From Octopus bimaculoides (lineage: Eukaryota), in assembly GCF_001194135.2 (NCBI RefSeq), contig NC_068986.1:1168088-1232087 (forward strand): a stretch of DNA of 64,000 nucleotides, given 5' to 3'. The position numbers and the translations under genes were made by a program. Below are positions 62,284 to 64,000 of this stretch, piece after piece. The notes under the pieces are model-generated. The model was not told the DNA's origin. It did not search any database and saw only the letters and a list, made by a program, of their open reading frames with translations. How positions within the stretch are numbered: position 1 is the first letter of the stretch; each line of letters opens with the position of its first letter.

Positions 62284-62603
62284 TTCAAATAGCATTAAGA
62301 GAATAAAATCTTGTTCAATTTGCTTCACCATATTTCCAGATAAAAGACAAGCAGGCACAGAGCATGTCATAATTATACATCTCAACACGCTTCTAAAGCA
62401 AACTGTTGTCTCTTTACAAGTGGAAATATTGATCAATTTCTTGTACTCAGAAAAAAAAAGTGATGTCATAGAATTCTAGACAAGTCTTACAGATCTTGTA
62501 ATACAAAAAGCCACAAGCTCTTTGGTCTGTTCATTTGAAATATTAAGGAAATGGTCACGGACGGGATCCATCACTTCATTTATTGAGTCCACAAACCAGT
62601 GTT
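62284..62603 (-). CDS. Candidate 320-nt exon of an unidentified gene with one in-frame TAG (62478-62476)
   Basis: Acceptor TTTATTCTGTAGTGTCTTTACAG| and donor GAA|GTGAGT; 106 codons in one frame with a single stop. Confidence 0.35.
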
Positions 62604-62929
62604 CTGTAAAGACACTACAGAATAAATCAAATTGATATGATGTCTTGCTTATATCTTTTAATTATTTTTATTCTTTTTGTTGATATTTAATATATAGAAA
62701 TCAGGTGTATTTGGTTTCAAATTTTGGCACAAGGCCAGCAATTTCAGGGGAGGGATTAGATTGATTATATCAACCTCAGTACTCATCTGAAAGGATGAAA
62801 GGCAAAGTTGATCTCAGCAGAATTTGAATGTAGACTGGAAAGATGGACACAGTGCCACTAAGAATTTTGCCTGGTGTGTTAACGATTCTGCCAGCTCGCT
62901 GTCTTAACATTTTAGCATTCAGATGCAAT

Positions 62930-63135
62930 GCTGTCAGATGTAATGCTTATTCATTCACATTATTTTCAATTAATCATACATTATCTTGTAGCTTTCAGAT
63001 TCTGATGATGTGATCGTTTATTTTTAGAGTGATATTGTAGGGTAGGTGTGGAGGCCAGATCTGGCCAGTTTGAGCACAAAATAGGTAGAATATTTGGGTT
63101 GGATATGGCCCATTTAAAAGCTGAAGGGTTAACCC
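62930..63135. mobile_element. MITE-like dispersed repeat (TTAACCCTT-type family)
   Basis: GCATTCAGAT...AAGGGTTAA-type termini; similar-looking copies at about 29100-29270 and 1810-1985. Confidence 0.45.
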
Positions 63136-64000
63136 TTTAGCATTTAAACTATATATTTTTTTCATTTCTCATTTTGAAAACAAAATCTTGAAATTATGTC
63201 AGTTGGAAGTGGGAAGAAATAAATTTTGCTCTGTGAAACTACTACATGGGAGTTATTATTTTTACAGCTTCATGCATTCAATGGATGTTGAATCCCTATT
63301 TAGAGTGACTAATGCATTGTTTTATTTACTTTTATCACATTTGATTCTAGTTTGTTCCTACAATCTTATTGGGTTACATTGGGAAGTAATATCCAATATA
63401 TATTATTACTATGCTTAACAGTTTCAAGACTGATTGCTCAACACCAAAATTCATTATTGGTTTTTGCTTATTTATATGTTTTTATTTTATAAGTTTTTGT
63501 TGGGTCTCTTGCTTCTGGGTTACATAGCAATAACATTCAAGGTAAAATGCTGCATACTTACCAATCTTCATGCCAGACTTTTACATTGGACTATGTGTTT
63601 TATATTAATTATTTCATTTTTATTTCATTTTATTTTATCTTATTTCTTTTTTACATACATACATGTTAAATATGAGAATTTAATCTTTCCTTATTTTAGT
63701 GCCAAGAACTGCTCATGGAGAAAAAAGGGCATGTCAGTTTATCTCATGCCTCTGCCATTTCATCAATAACTCAACCACTATAGCTAATTTTATTGTAGTA
63801 AATCTCCAGCAAATAAATGTATTTTTTCACATTTTTAGAATAATCTTTTTTCTTGTGCTCTCTTTCTTAATTGAACTTTCTTGGAAATTTGTTTCCTTGC
63901 AGATGTTTGTAGTTCACATTTTGGTTGTGATGTTTATCTGTTCAAATTTATACTTTCTTCTGAGAAGTATACTGATATATTTTTTCTGTTATATACCAGA

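Noticed and set aside
63554-63562. ATACTTACC resembling the U1 snRNA 5' end
   Set aside because: Only 9 nt with no U1 body; it is simply the complement of a consensus donor.
63700-63975. Strong plus-strand acceptors at 63699 and 63902 as espin exon 2
   Set aside because: The phase-2 readings give SAKNCSW...HQ* and RCL*, with no xVN.Q...TP.YLA ankyrin continuation.
1-64000. Bacterial contamination or horizontally acquired operon/defence system
   Set aside because: No long dense ORFs, RBS or operon structure. The only clear gene has a spliceosomal intron and the window is saturated with animal TEs.

Overview
AT-rich, repeat-dense eukaryotic genomic DNA from a draft assembly with 7 N-gaps (8205-8339, 16977-16986, 30587-30683, 40770-41609, 42573-42712, 45249-45401, 51986-52780). 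The microsatellite load and SINE repertoire look like an Octopus (coleoid cephalopod) genome; this is inference, not verified. One gene is confidently recognisable: the first coding exon of an espin/forked-family ankyrin-repeat gene (+, 50428-50939, 5 ANK repeats, phase-2 GTAAGT donor). Its next exon is not in the window. Splice signals and reading frames also suggest three unidentified units: a minus-strand gene starting near 7.4 kb behind two RFX X-box-like sites, a chain of plus-strand mini-exons at 14-39 kb, and a minus-strand exon at 62.3-62.6 kb with a single in-frame TAG. Most of the remainder is several tRNA-derived SINE families, plus mariner, hAT MITE, Helitron-like, MULE-like, RTE, R4-clade, Tx1, LTR and Penelope remnants. 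The most interesting structure is a ~520-bp head-to-head palindrome (31066-31582). Each arm is a tRNA-like Pol III head, an (AAT)n tract and a tail carrying a minimal Penelope-type hammerhead ribozyme motif; the right-arm motif looks intact and the left-arm one is broken. A second, unrelated head-to-head tRNA-head palindrome (5990-6279) and a Penelope GIY-YIG remnant (22.3-22.65 kb) occur in the same window. There are no CRISPR arrays, rRNA or true tRNA genes. Almost all ORFs in the supplied track are microsatellite or N-gap artefacts. All homology calls are by eye from remembered family motifs; no searches were run.
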